Source of the DNA: Phoronis australis
Lineage: Eukaryota; Animalia; Phoronida
Reading direction: 5' to 3'
NCBI GenBank assembly: GCA_002633005.1
Contig: NMRA01000325.1
Location: 38,132-102,131, forward strand
DNA: 64,000 bases
The notes beneath the pieces are model-generated. The model was not told where the DNA came from. It did no database searches and worked only from the letters and a program-made list of their open reading frames with translations. Positions 34,574 to 47,903 of this stretch are shown here, piece after piece (positions within the stretch are counted from its first letter, which is position 1; the number at the start of each line of letters is the position of its first letter). The position numbers and the translations under genes were made by a program.

Positions 34574-35219
34574 CTGAAAGCAATGATAGCAATAATATAT
34601 CACGTGTCCAAATATAGCTGGGATACTAGTTTCCCCATAGAAAAGTAAAATATATTTTTGACAGATCGATGGGTGTGTAAATCATTAGCAGTTTGCAGTA
34701 CTCCAGTGGTAAATTTAGAGGTATGTATACGCCCGAAGCCCAGCGTATCGTTTTGTACGTCTACGTGCCATTACATTAATTTACGGTATGTAGATGCAAC
34801 GTTGAAAATGAAAAAGGTGATGTACTGCGTCTACGTGCGTCTACGTCCTACTACACCACTGTTCATGTGTTAGAACTTGGCAGTATCAACAGCTTCACCA
34901 GTTGCAGTCGTAATATTTTGTTATGATTAATAAAAATTCAATATTGTTTTGTTAATATCCACATTGCTGCTCTCAGACATCTCTCACAGTTCACCTGCAA
35001 GCTCTTATTACGTACATGTTTGATATGGGATTCAGTTCTTCTTGCAACTATAAACCCAACGTTCCGTCCTAGAAGCGAACTTTTGATTTAGACCACATGC
35101 CTGTATAAAACTGCCTCCCGTTCAGTAACACTGGGAACTCGTTGAAAAGCAAGACTTCGCGACATTACGTGAGATATTGCCGTGCATTTTAAATAAGAAC
35201 ACGTGACTTTGACTAGGTT

Positions 35220-35278
35220 TTAGCTAGGTCCTAGCGTAGGTCCTAGCGTAGGTCCTAGCGTCTACAGAACGCACCCCT
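35220..35278. repeat. 12-bp tandem (taggtcctagcg x3) at a MITE-like terminus
   Basis: Three copies followed by TCTACAGAACGCACCCC; related cgtctacg motifs at 34755-34850. Confidence 0.5.
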
Positions 35279-36828
35279 GGTCTCAACTTGTTCAACCTTC
35301 TGATGAGAAGTGATATCCGGGTTTCTTATGAACTAAATTGTTCGTTATTTCTTGAGACCACGCCTCTTACAAAAAATGAAACGCAGCAATTATGTCTCAC
35401 GCAATAACGAACGCTGAGTTCATTCGAAGCCCAGATAATTTGACTAAGCAACAATTTGAGGCAAATTGCACAAAGACATAATGAATTATTTTTAGTTTCC
35501 CATAAGCTGTATAATACGAAGACTACGTGTACAGTGTAAGATGATTGATCATATAATTTATGGGAATAGTTAGTTAAATGTCTGTCTTTGCTCGAATTTT
35601 AATTGTGCGGCTAAACCAAGGACGATAACTTGTTCACTGAAAAGTTTGTCTTCAACTATATATTACTACTTTGAACCTGGTCATGGCGTGTGTGAAGGGC
35701 CTCATAACAGTTCAAGTGATATGACGACATAAAATCACGTGTTAATTTATCGTTACCTAAAAGAACATTACTGTTAAAATTCAGGCTGCAGTCAATACCT
35801 GTAATACCTGTCACAGACAGGATCATTGGGGATAAGCTGGTGCATTAATCCCCTCCCCAGACCATCCCCGTGACAGCAGAAGGCGCAGAACTCCAGGGCT
35901 GACGTTGCCTGTAAGCATTTGATTAGACAGCACTCGGGCACGGCCCTTCTTGTGACTCTTCGCAGCATGGCCATAAATGCAGTCAAGAGTTTGGACGATG
36001 GAATTTGGCGGTGAAGATAGAACAAATTGCTTGCATGTACTCAACAATACCACTGAACGGGAACCGTCAGAAAATATCACAGGAAAGACCTTTGCAAAGA
36101 CAAAGGTCAACTTAAAAAAAGTTCGTTTACTAAGAGTTTGCGCTTTTTTATTTCGGATAGGTGAGATAGGTGACACTCACCGGACTTGGAATGACCAATG
36201 ACAAAAAAGAGCAAACATTTTCAGGTGATGTATCGTTCCAAAAATAAATATATTTTTGAACTGAAATAAACGTTTATGCATGAATAAAGTCAAAAGAGCG
36301 ATAAAAAGAGACAAAAAAGAGGAAAAAGTAAATTAAAACAAGAGGAAATCAAAACGAAAAAAGAGGAAATCCTCTTACAAAAGGAAAATCCCAACCTATG
36401 CACTCTGGAGGCACTGGATGGGGCACTAGGCTTCGCCTGGCAATGAGCACCTTACTCGGCATGCTGCCTTTCTTCCACTCTGTCGAAAACCAAAAATGGG
36501 AAGTGTTTCCATCTCACCTCAAAAGCGGTGCATATGACCACTAAACCAATTAATCAGTCAATTCTACAATTCTAACATCGTCCCCAAGCCTCAAGATAGC
36601 GGCTGCTATGTTTGGTTTCGCCCTTTGAGGCTTGGTGTGACAATTTTACATGACAGAATTTTGACTTGTTTTTACTGAAATAGCCGGAATATTACGAATG
36701 ATGTTAAGTTATAACAACTATGAAGTTTGCTGTCGTATAAAAATCCAAATGAGTTGTATACACAATGCAATTTAAGTTTAGATCAGTGAAAATTGATCTG
36801 TTTGAATTCGAAAGGAGGAAAATTTTAA

Positions 36829-36880
36829 TTGTAATGAAAGCAACATAGACATTAAAATGTCTATGTTGCTTTCATTACAA
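36829..36880. repeat. Perfect 25-bp-stem palindrome
   Basis: TTGTAATGAAAGCAACATAGACATT-AA-AATGTCTATGTTGCTTTCATTACAA. Confidence 0.95.
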
Positions 36881-38249
36881 CGAAGTTGATAGTAAGTACG
36901 CGAGCACCTTTTATTTCAAACAATAACGAAAACAGCGTCTTCTGCTTCCGAATCACGAATGGTAGCAACGACAACGCCTGTGAAAATAGACATGATCTGC
37001 CTTTGGATCTAATTTAAAAGTTTCTAAAAATTACTCAAATTTATCACATCAATGAAGTAAGGAAAAGAATCTTCAAAAACTGGTATTAAAGTATTCATAG
37101 AATCAAGTGCTTGAAGGTTTTTGTGTTACTCTTGTCAGCGGTGAACGTCGCATACGGCCAATCAGCGCGCACGGGATATCTCCTCACGAAGCCTCAAATG
37201 GCTAAACCGATCTGCGCCATCTTTAGGCTTGGGGATGCGTCTGTAAGAAGAGGTTTGCTTAGTAAGTCAGTGCTGGGATTTACACACTACCACCAGCGCA
37301 GTATACACAGAGTGTGCTTATTAAGGTGTCGCCGTTACTGGTCGGACACCAACGTAAAAGTAAAAGACGCCAGCGACCAGGCTAGGTTGCTAAGCTACTC
37401 GATCGACCTTTTTATATGACCAGGCTTCAATAGTAGCACAGATTATGAAATAGGGGACAAAACATTGCCTTATTACATTATTTTATGCAGCAATCGTAAG
37501 CTTATATATATTTTCCGATGTTATGGATTTAAACTATGGACTTAGAGCATCCGACGGACTACTTCATTAGAGACTTTGAACAACCGACGGATTACTCCAT
37601 TCTGTGTGTGATCTCGTGATGAATGTCACGGATTTGACGACACCTTTTTTGCTTTCTCTTACTGGGTCTGGTGTCTTGTAGATATCAGCCGGATCTCTGT
37701 AGACCAGTTGGAGTGGTCGCAGACGGCAGTAAAATTTGAAAATCACAAAGGTATCAAAATGAGGCTTTGGTTGCAATAATTTAAAAACATGCTTTGCTTT
37801 TTCTCTGTTACGTATCTATGGCTAAATAAGGTAAGTTGTAAGTAAGTAAATGTTTATTTCAAGTCAGTATGGTTCACAATCTCGCCGGTTCCCTGCGTGT
37901 CCATAAGGCAGAACACGCAGGTATCGTTCAGTAACACGCGTTTTGTCACTGGTTGATGTAAAATCGGCAGTCATTGGTTAGCTTTTAACAAAGAAAGAAA
38001 ATGGCGCACTGTGAACGATTTTTAGCCTTGTCATCCAAGTGGCGTGACAGCAAATATTTCGTTTCTGCAGTAATGTTTAATAGCCGCGTGCTTGAAGCAC
38101 ATACAACGCTCCGAATAACAAATGTTTAAAAGATGAAGTAGCCATTGAAAACATAACGCGCAGTGCACGTAGCTAGGTTTGTTCAACTTTCTTGCTGTTT
38201 TGAATACCACATTGAAACCATACGAGTAAAGTGTGATAGTATGTATAGC

Positions 38250-39960
38250 TGTCTGGGACGAAGAAGGATTGGCCGGCTGTCGTTAGAATCTGGCAACCGT
38301 AGACAAAATTCAGTTCTGTTCAATCAGTTGATGAGTCATGAGATCTTGTAATTAGCTGCATTGGTGTCAGCGGCGCATTCTTTTCTTTCAGTTGGTATTT
38401 TCAGTTCCTAGCTCTCGAGTGAACTGGCCTTTAGGGAACTGGCGTCTGCGTTGTTGTACACATTACAGTCATTAATTACTTAATGAGTATAACTAAAGAT
38501 GTCATTGATGGAAACATTGAATAGTAAAAGTCCCAGTACTGAGCCCCAGTGGGACACCTTTGGATAGTTTCCGGTCGCTACGGCGGTTGTCTATTTTAAC
38601 CATTTGTTTGTTTTCTTTCCGAAAGGTAAGACAGGAGTAGGTGACACGCGTGGTCTGAGACACCATGGGCACATAGTTTGCATAGAAGGAATTTGTGGGT
38701 AAACAATCGAAAGCTTAATCTACCATGATGCAACCAATAAGTTTCTGGTTGTCGAGGCCATAACGCATATCTTCGATAAGTCTCCGTAACAGCTAAAAGC
38801 ACATAGATTGTTCGACAGAATGTCATTAGAATAAATGGATAGTTTGTCGTACAATTATCTTTCTAGGATTTGGTTTGTGGTTGCCAGAATACTCACATGG
38901 TGGTTAAAATTGTTAAGAGGGTCGTTTTTTGAAAATGGGGATTATTTTACTCGGAGTCCGCTTTTGGATTTTATTAATAATGAGTGTTAGAGATGGGGAC
39001 AGTTCGCCTGCATCTATTTGCAGAAATTTTGAGAGGATATTGCTATAGCTAGTGGCCGTTCCATCCTTTGTAGATTTGAGTTTCACTGATTCATCATGGG
39101 AACAGAAATGAAACTATTCTCAGACTGTTGATTTGACCATTACCTTTCTTATCAAGACAACACTGTGGGTTTCGGTATCTTCATGCCACATTGGTTGTTC
39201 AACGCCATTGCTATTTGTCACATTCGAGAAATGATCATTAAAGACATAGGCCAGTTTGGTTTTATCATAGATAATTTTTTCTTCCTTTTTTGCATAAAAA
39301 CAAGCTGAGTTTTCGACTTTGTCCCAGCTAAAAACGGAGGGATAGTCTTCCAGAAAACCTTAGGGTCATTTCTATTTCCATTGGTTCAAAGAAATTCTAG
39401 ATGCTGATTTGCTTTATTGATACCACAAGATTCCTCTGTTTCTTGTAGGCATTCCAATAGGTCCTGCATTTATATTTCAAAAACTTTCTACGTAGCATGG
39501 TTTTTACGTTGATGGCTTTTTTAGCTGGATATTCATGTAGGGGCATGTTTTTTCTTTATAACCTTCTGTTTTGGGAGCCTTATTGTCAATGACTTGCCTC
39601 ATGACTTCGTTGTCAAACCACGTGCTATCGTCTGGGTTGTCGAAAATATTTGAGACGTGCAGGAGTGCCGTGGCAATATCTATTTTAAAAACCTGCTCAG
39701 TTTCATTGAGCGGTAGGTAATTGATATTGGTTCAAAATGAGACATTGTTAGTTTCGTGATGACGCCAATAAGGTTGTAGAAGTTGCCGATTCCTGTATTG
39801 ATACTAATGGAGTCTTTAATCCTACGGGGAGAGTTTGTTAAAATGACATCAATAAAGGTTGCATGAATACTGGCCCCGTGAAATGGACTTCGTGAAAATG
39901 TGGTTGACATACGGGTGTCATGATCATTGTGGAAGACATGACATATCCTTTTAAACAATG
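38250..39960 (-). mobile_element. Degenerate CR1/L2-type LINE ORF2 (endonuclease end plus reverse transcriptase)
   Basis: Minus frames give IDVILTNSPR, RNLVV, LLLSYLSERKQ and GVPLGSVLGLLLFNVSINDIF; many stops and frameshifts. Confidence 0.8.
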
Positions 39961-40842
39961 CCGCTCCGGTTGACTTAAAATAAGCTTTGAGTTCCGTGCA
40001 TGTAAGAATTTGCTAAGGAAGCACGTAATTTGCTATAATACACGCCACGAAGCTTTTTTGATCTTAGCTGGGATTTCGCGAAGTTCATGCGTCCACGGAA
40101 CGCTCGCTTGCGTTAGTCGCAATAGCGTGGTCAGAATTTTCTGAACATGCGAATACCGGTATTTTCGGAAGAAAAAGGCGTAACCGATTATCTTCTAATG
40201 CTAAGTGACCATTCAACTTGACAACTACATGCATAACACAAATATGAAATGATTAAAGAACAGGCTTTTAAGATTTCATCTCGGACATATATGTCAAATG
40301 ATATTTGGTCATCCTATTGATATTGTTGTTTTGCTATCAATGTATCTTATTTTTTACTAAATACTACTAAAAACGTGACCAAGTAACCCACTCAATGGCA
40401 GATTTGTGACGTCAAAAGGCAATTCTACAGGCTTTCCCATTTTACTGTTTAGTTTTCCAGACATTTTATGGTTAGCTGTATTGTTTCGCTGTATTACTTT
40501 TAAAAGAGTCTTTCATACAAACGACTTCCAAAGCTAAAGCCTCCTGTTAGTTTCGTAGCATTGATTATGAAACCAAACTGGTCATAATATAATATCATGT
40601 AGAATGGCTCTTTTCAGGAGTGGACTGGCACTGATTTTAGTTCTATGGGTTTTACTTGGTTGTTCCATTTGTTTACTAGCAGATAGCACTTGATTGACAT
40701 GACCTATGAAGTTATGCAATTTGATTATGCAATTTGTTTACAAAAGAATACTGAAGAACATTATAGGAGGTTTCAGTATATTAGTTATTAATATAGAACC
40801 ACAGTAGGGAACATTCTAAATCCTAATATATATTTATAGAAT

Positions 40843-41220
40843 TGTTAGGTAGATTCCTGCAAGTGCTAGAATGTGGTCGACTTGGTAAAAGTTACAGAAC
40901 ATTGTTAGAGACAATAAATACCAAAGCACAGGTTAGTTAGTGTTAGTTAGAGTTACAGAAATACAGACAATGAAAGTACAGTTGCAAAGTCACAGAATTA
41001 CAGTACAAAATAATCAGTTACATCGTTAGTTAGTAGAGAGCCTTCCTCACAGACAGCAAGTCATTGAATGAGCGAGGGTACGTAACAGTTGGTGGAAGTG
41101 ACTCAAGAGTTCATCACAAGTCAAGACTTAGCAGTATTAGCGTGGTGGAGTAGACCTGTGAACGTACGGTCGAGATTATAATCATGATTACCTCGAACAA
41201 GCCTTCAGTGGATCCTAACA
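40843..41220. mobile_element. Possible solo LTR
   Basis: Inverted termini TGTTAGG ... CCTAACA, strand-biased AGTTAG/ACAG-rich interior; no matching TSD seen. Confidence 0.35.
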
Positions 41221-41686
41221 CCAGTCAATGATAACCTACCCCCACCATATCCACGTGTTTTAGTCACGTTTTAAAAGACGTGACAGGCTCAATAAACTAA
41301 TATCTCTGCTTTCTCAAAATGTATACATTTACTGGTTTAAAAGCTATAGTTTTGTAGATACCTGGTTAATTACGCAGACTTCTCGATGAGATGTTACTTA
41401 ACCATAGAAACTTGATCCTGGGTTTTACTCAAGTGTTTCGTACATAGGCGCATGTCCCTACAGTATATAAAAAGGTGCCCACATTTATGCCAGTGACATG
41501 TTGTTGCTATTTTATGCCGTTCCTTAGGCGCATAGGTGACGGTTTTTAAGCTCCTAATACTTGACTGCATCTGTAACCCGGCCTGTCGGATATTGTGAAT
41601 TTCGTTGCGGTAGAAAAGCCACGACTGGTATTAACATTCCTGCAAACGGGATCATGGTTGTTCAGGTAGATATTTCTGATACATTA

Positions 41687-42985
41687 CTAGCCATAACAGT
41701 GCAAAGGACTAAGAGTGAAATATCCTTTCTCAGAGTGACTACCTAAATCACCAAAGGCTAATTTTGTCACAGGTAAGACTGCCATGTCCGTAATTAAACC
41801 TTTGTCCGTTCGCCACGTTTTATCGTTGGTGTCACAATTGCAAGGTTTGTTAGGGATGTGGCATGAACTAGTCACGCCGCATGCGCACAGTGAACTGTTT
41901 GTTGGAGCCCCGCCCCATGAGAAGACAGGATCGCCATCTCTGGAGAACCATCCGACGTACGGTCGATCAAGTTTAAACAACATTTCTGCATGAAGACAGT
42001 CGTATTGTATATGTTGATCACATCTCATTGTGACAGTCATGACGTTTAATATTTGCATAATCGTTGCACTGTACGTTATATCGTGAACTGCACACATACG
42101 GGGTTCGCAATTTTTTACACCTGTCCGGGACTCAGTTGCGTGGTGAATGATTGTGACAGCTTCGCCATTTTGACCGTTCATGTGACATTCCACTTGGAAT
42201 GCGGGTTCACCACCAAAACCGTCTGCGTCGATCATGTAGTAACCGTTCTGATCAAAACCAGAATTTTTCCACCCCTGGCAACTTGCTGGGTCTATAAATG
42301 TGTAGAAAAGCATATTCATCAAGATTCCACATGGTAAAGTTTCGATCTTACCGCCTATCAAGGGTTCACTTCAGAAACTTACCATGCACAAAGTATTCGC
42401 CACGGAAACACTTTATGGTACTCTTGCCATCGATAATTTTTGGTGTAAGTGTGTGAAGTGTGCGATGCAGTTTCTAGTACTTGTTGTTCTTTCGGTCACT
42501 TGTACAATACCGGTAGTTCTCTGTGCATGGTAAGAGTGTGGCTTGAGTCCAGGTTCAGTAGTAAAGTTTTTTCTGTGCTGGGTACAAGAGTTTGGCGCTG
42601 TGTGGCGTTCGTGACACACAGTGCAAAGAAAATAATGGTAATAATATAGTAGTGACAAAATAATACGTTTGGAAAGTAAGTTTAAAGAAATGCAAAACTT
42701 ACACGTGACTGCACATTGCTGCATCTCGTCTTTCAACCTGATAGCAGCCTTCAAACACCCGTCAATATCATACGGCCAGACTGACGTAGCATCATCGCAT
42801 CTGCGACGGTTACGTAGTTGACTAATAATGTCACTCAAGGCACCTTCGAGGGCTACATACGAATCGTTGAATGCTGTCGATGTCTTGATAGAGGTGATTG
42901 CAGTTTTACTTTGTGTAGGACTTGCCAAAGCTAATGACGAACAGGTTGTCAACAGGAGAAGAAGGCCTATTGTATGTTGGTCCAT
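41687..42985 (-). CDS. Secreted protein (about 295 aa) with a contactin-associated protein/neurexin-IV-type fibrinogen-like domain; exons 42985-42703, 42291-41687
   Basis: Signal peptide MDQHTIGLLLLLTTCSSLALA; phase-1 GTAAGT..ATAG intron joins VT-Y-PASCQGW; domain motifs GYYMIDADGFGGEPAFQVECHM, CDQHIQYDC, WFSRDG, WGGAP..CACGV..CNCD..WRTDKG, LPVTKLAFGD, LSPLHCYG*. Confidence 0.85.
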
Positions 42986-43061
42986 GTTGTACAGTCGGGT
43001 TGCATGTATTAATTCTGACGTATCAGTATCCAGGGGTATTACACAAAATAGCTAGTGTCCA

Positions 43062-43070
43062 CCTTTTATA
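43062..43070 (-). promoter_or_regulatory. TATA box of the CASPR-like gene
   Basis: TATAAAAGG on the minus strand about 80 nt upstream of the ATG at 42985. Confidence 0.55.
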
Positions 43071-43838
43071 GTAGTGTGCTCAGGAACCTCGGACGCTATA
43101 AACAGATGAAGTTGCTATATATATATTGGCTTCCGGAAGCAAGATTTTGATTAGTCCGTTTCAACACGAAGGCTGAACACTGATTTAGTCACTCTGTGAA
43201 CTTAAATAGCGAATGCGTGCCACAGGACTTTAGCAAATTACGTTTCTACTTCAATTAATAATGTCGTGGCTTGCACGACCGAGAGATTGGGATGGATAAG
43301 GATGTCGACATTCAAGAACAGTGTTTGAGTTACAACAGGCCGAGTTCCTGTCCCATCTCACTTAGTTCGCTGCATGGAGCATAGTTGCCAACATTCGAGA
43401 ATGAAAAAGTGGGACATTTAAACCTGAACATCTGGGTATATGCAACTTCAAACGCGATGTTGAAATGTCGGCTGCACTCAACACCCAAAGATGACATCCA
43501 CCTCAACAGCGTTTTATAATTTAGTCGAACGGGGAAATACGTGTCAGGTGCTACAACACTGAAAAACGCACCTATGTCGTTTTTAGTCGAACGGGTAATA
43601 GAGCTCTTATGTGGAAAGTCACTTAAAGAGTTCCCACCATGACCCTGTGTCTCAAACGGAATTTTGTTATTACATCTTACACCTGTTGCTACGAACCAAG
43701 CCAAAAATTTTTAAAATATATTTTTCTGTTATCGCGTTTGTACGCAATGGGTGGAAGACCGCCTCCGCCGTTGTTGTTTTACCAGTGCTATACTGAGGAG
43801 TTGTGAAGAAAGTCCTCGGAGAGCCGCCTTTTTCAGAC

Positions 43839-44230
43839 ATGAAAAGGTGCGTTTGTGGAAACTGTGGTAGCAACAACTTGACTGGGAACGTCTCTGTGTT
43901 AAAATTTCCTGAATACGTAAGTTGCACAGAAATGGCATCGGTTTGTCATGGGCGGCGCACCATAGGGGGCTGGGGGAGGGCCATAGCCCTCCATTTTTTC
44001 AGTAATAAGCCGCCCATGGTCTATAGGCGGTGCACCACAGGGGGGCTGGGGGGGGGGGCTTTATTCCCACTTTTTTCAGTGCTGCTCTGCCCATGATTGT
44101 GCTCCGAACGAGAGTGTGGAGTGTCAGTGTGGAACATGCGATTCAGTCCGGCGTAAGCCACACTTTGATCGGCACATTTCAAAGAATCGTGCTTCGACCA
44201 AACACATAAGTGGCGCTACAATGAATGACT
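43839..44230 (+). pseudogene. Degenerate THAP zinc-finger coding remnant (DNA transposon-derived), interrupted by a MITE
   Basis: MKRCVCGNCGSNNLTGNVSVLKFPE, frameshifted KWHRF, then after the MITE TL*SAHFKESCF (THAP C2CH signature with Cys mutated to TGA). Confidence 0.65.
43947..44095. mobile_element. hAT-like MITE family B, dimeric
   Basis: CATGGGCGGCGCA..GCCCATG termini, flanks TTTGT / ATTGT, same two-subunit layout as 28541. Confidence 0.8.
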
Positions 44231-47004
44231 CACCACCAAGTAAGTGCATTTGCAAATTTTGTAAATAACGATCAAACTGCTTCCATTCTAGGGCGAGTGA
44301 TGCCAGGCCCTGGACCCCGACCCAGATCGAGTGCTACTACAAGTAGGCTTATGCATATTGTGTCTAGACTGAGCTCATTCCATCATGGCAATAGTGAATA
44401 AGAGTAACCCAGGTTTACTGTGGCCTTTGTCAGTAAAAGTGTCCTATTTTGTGAGAATTGACCGCCACTTGGTAGAGTTGGTTGTGGCTCACATATGTCT
44501 GCAGCATTTCTCGTGCAAGTGGGTCGAGTTCATACAGCCTCAAAGCCGACGAAAGTTCGCTAAAAGTGAAATCGAATTCATTGTCCTATTCTTCAAGTAC
44601 TTGATTGTGATGCCCGTATCCACTCTCCTCTCTGTCTGCATAATAATTGTCCAATTCTCGCCCAATATTGTCCTTGTATTCTGACCTGCAGTGCTCCGAC
44701 ATTGCTACTATTTGGCATAAAAAGTGCCTATTTAGTAAGATTTTAGTAAGATTCATATTAGCAAACTGAAACCTGAAAAAGTAACAAAATGCATGGTGGG
44801 AAAGTTAATAAATCATTTTATCGTGTCTCAAATAGCGGGGCATTTCGATTGTCGGGCGCATCGCCTGAAATTTGTAACATGTACAACTGCTCATGCGCTA
44901 AGTTTTAATTGCCAGCAGCCCTCCATAAGAAAAAGATGGGTACGAAATATTATTAGCAATTTTAACTTCAATTCTGTTGCAGGAGGCTCATTTTTAGGAC
45001 TTATTATTACCAAATTTCAACTTTATTCGTTAAAAATTTTCTACTTCCATCCAGGTTTATTTTTCCTTCTTTCAGCCCTGTGTAAACGATCGTCCTGAAT
45101 ATTTGAGCCCACGGATCATTTTTAAGTCATGTTTGTGATGAAATTGATTTCGCCGTCCGATAGATTAATTAATGACTACCAGGAGTATTTAGAAGGTGGT
45201 GACCCCAACTCCAGGCGATTTTATACACGTTCAATGTGCTGCTAAAATGGATCCGATATCAGTAATGTAAGAGGAAGGGTTACCGATCGTTTCAGTGGAA
45301 TTTTCACTGTGTTGATTTTAGCTCACAATCCGTACAAGATATTGCTGTGTCCTTTGATCTTGAGAATACTTTCGAAGTTGTGAAAATGTTGGCTCTTAGA
45401 CAGAATTCTACACTTTTCGCCAGTAACTAGATCAGTGACTTTGAGGCTTCAAAAACTGTTTCGTTTTTAACTCAAAAAGTCTAACTGTGAGTTCAGCAGC
45501 TTTTTCTTTCATCCACTGAATGTCTTACAATTGTTATTCTGTATAGGGATAGGCGAAAAACATGTTTATTTCGATAAAAGATTTTGTTGCCTTATCAAAC
45601 ATGAAACGGAACAATGCAAAAGTATATTATCAATCCTCAAAGGTTGAGTACATTATATTGGGCTTCAATGTATATATGTAGTCCTTCATCTTACTTTACT
45701 GTTTCGTAGGAATGGATTCCGTACACAAATATTTATTGGCAAACATCTCAAGATTGATAAATAAGCCTTGGCAGCCCGTTGAGACTATGCTGTGACCACA
45801 CCCATCACTGTTGTTTTGGTTTAATGTACTAATTAAGTTCCAAGTAATGGTGACTTATTTTAAACTTTCAAGATCTGCAGACATTATCTCAGGCTTACAC
45901 ATATGGTGCAGTTATTGATGTGAAGCATTAGCTCCGAGACCTTTGACCTATACATGAGTTCATGATGAATTATAGTAAGTATGTGTCATTCGATGTTGAG
46001 CGTCACCTAGTGGATCAAGAATGTTACAAACGTCTGAAGTTGGGACTCGGGACAAACTTTCAAAAAGCGGGACAAGCCATCTACAAGAGGAACAGTTGGC
46101 AACTTACGTATGGGTTGCGTCTGGTAGATTAAGTTTATTGAGTGAGAAAAGTGAGATTCTACAGGACCACGCAAAATCATGTGATTATACCCGAGTTCTT
46201 ACTAGCATAACTCTGCAAGATAACGGCCATTAACTCTGCCGCAGCACCTTCTGTATGGAGTGGTGACGAGCAACATAGGAATCCCTGTGTTGACAGCAGT
46301 GCGGTTGTGAACAATTCTTACATGCCCAGCACATAGCTCTTGCAGGTAAAATTTTCATATTTCACTGTGTCATTTCTATCTATTTGTCTTTACATAATTC
46401 GACAGTGTTCTTATTGCAGAGTTGTTTGGGAAGGGATGGCAACTTGCACACGGTTGAGGTGCTGTGGATGGCAAGCATGTGGCGGCCACCTGTCATTGCG
46501 GGACCACTGACTCCGTGTACAGAAACAACAAGGCTCCTTTTCCATTGTCTTAGTGTCCCTGGTCGACACAGACAGGTTCCTCTGGAATCCCTGATGTCGA
46601 TTATGATGGTTCCAGCATCGCCTTTTTCCGAAGATCGTGTGAACCTGACTTAGTCATGAGACGTATAGAAAATCATCACTAGTGTGATCATCCAAAATCT
46701 CATCAGAATGAGCCACCACCAAACAATCTGATGGACTTGCTGGATCAGAAAAAGAATGCAATATCATTGCCATGGAAAATGTTAAGGAACTTCGTGTAGA
46801 CGTTCTCTCACGATATGTTGCCATTGCGTGACCTTCTTATGTCCTGTTGGTAAAGCTTATAATAGTCCGCATGTTGGTGTTGCCTTCAATTCGTGTGTGG
46901 TTCGGGTGCCATCGTGTACCCATCAGTAAGCATCGTACTTGGTTCGCATGATGATTGGCATTGGCAATCTTTGTATATATAGATAAATAAAACATCAAGA
47001 ATGG

Positions 47005-47590
47005 ATCAACTGAAATTTTCGGATTTAATAACATCCTTCGTCAACAGAAACAGATATATAGTAAAATCAAACACTATATGACAATTGACATTTAAGGTGT
47101 AGCGTAATGAATGTGATATTGTTGCGGAAAAAATTCAATGATACAATTTAAGAAATTTTTATGTTTAATCCATGAGGTTCTAGTGTATTGAGCTTGTCTA
47201 TCCAAAATCGTTCCCTTTTGAGTCTGTGAGGGGTACTGGGGTATTGGAGTTTTTCAATTATTTGTACAGACAGATCTTGAAGATTTTTGATTTTTGGAAT
47301 TGAAATGATAACCTATAGAATGTTTTTATGCATTATGTTAAATCTATGATTACGAAACCGAGTTTGTAGATTATGTTGAGTTTGTCCTACGTATTGGATA
47401 GAACATTTTTACATGGTATAAGGTAAATAATATTATTGGTGGTGTAATCAGAATGTTTTATTTCAAAGTTTTCATTGGTCTGGGAAGACTGGAAGAAAGT
47501 ACTATCGTTGATGAAGTTACACATTTTACCTCTAGTTTTGTTACATTGGGTGTTGCCAATAGGTTTGTCAGTTTTGTATATATTGTCGAT
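47005..47590 (-). mobile_element. Penelope-like retroelement 3' remnant (GIY-YIG endonuclease plus degenerate hammerhead)
   Basis: Minus frames (with shifts): NNIIYLIPC..QYVGQTQHNLQTRFRNH..DLSVQIIE..RLKRERFWIDKLNTLEPHGLN; downstream TTGACGA-A-GGAT..ATCC-GAAA-ATTTCAG at 47044-47010. Confidence 0.8.
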
Positions 47591-47855
47591 ATTAGCTTTA
47601 ACTAATATCTACACGCGGTCCTTATTGGGAGCGCCCTAAATCCGAAGTAAGTTCCCAAAGCCGAACAATCCCGATGATCGCCGTGGCTAAAGTCACTAAA
47701 TAGGGCAAAACTTATTATCAACGAGAGAATGCCTGTCGCATTTACGTCCTCTGTTCCACATTTTGACTGATTGTTCGAGTAGAGTGCATAGTCACTGTGC
47801 ATTCTCTAAGAATTCGAGTTTTCTACTGCTGATGTGAGAGCAGACGATCGATTTT

Positions 47856-47903
47856 GGCCGCCCACGCTAATATAAATTTTAATTTACATTAGCGTGGGCA
47901 GCC
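47856..47903. repeat. Near-perfect palindrome
   Basis: GCCCACGCTAAT-ATAAATT-TT-AATTTAC-ATTAGCGTGGGC. Confidence 0.85.

Noticed and set aside
42383-42600. Possible middle exon of the CASPR-like gene (phase-1 GTAAGT donor at 42382)
   Set aside because: No acceptor gives an open phase-1 to phase-1 frame; exons 1 and 2 already join in frame without it.
44385-46990. Coding-like minus-strand patches (about 44450-44685 and 46400-46970)
   Set aside because: All frames carry stops and no motif was recognised with confidence; may be old transposase debris.
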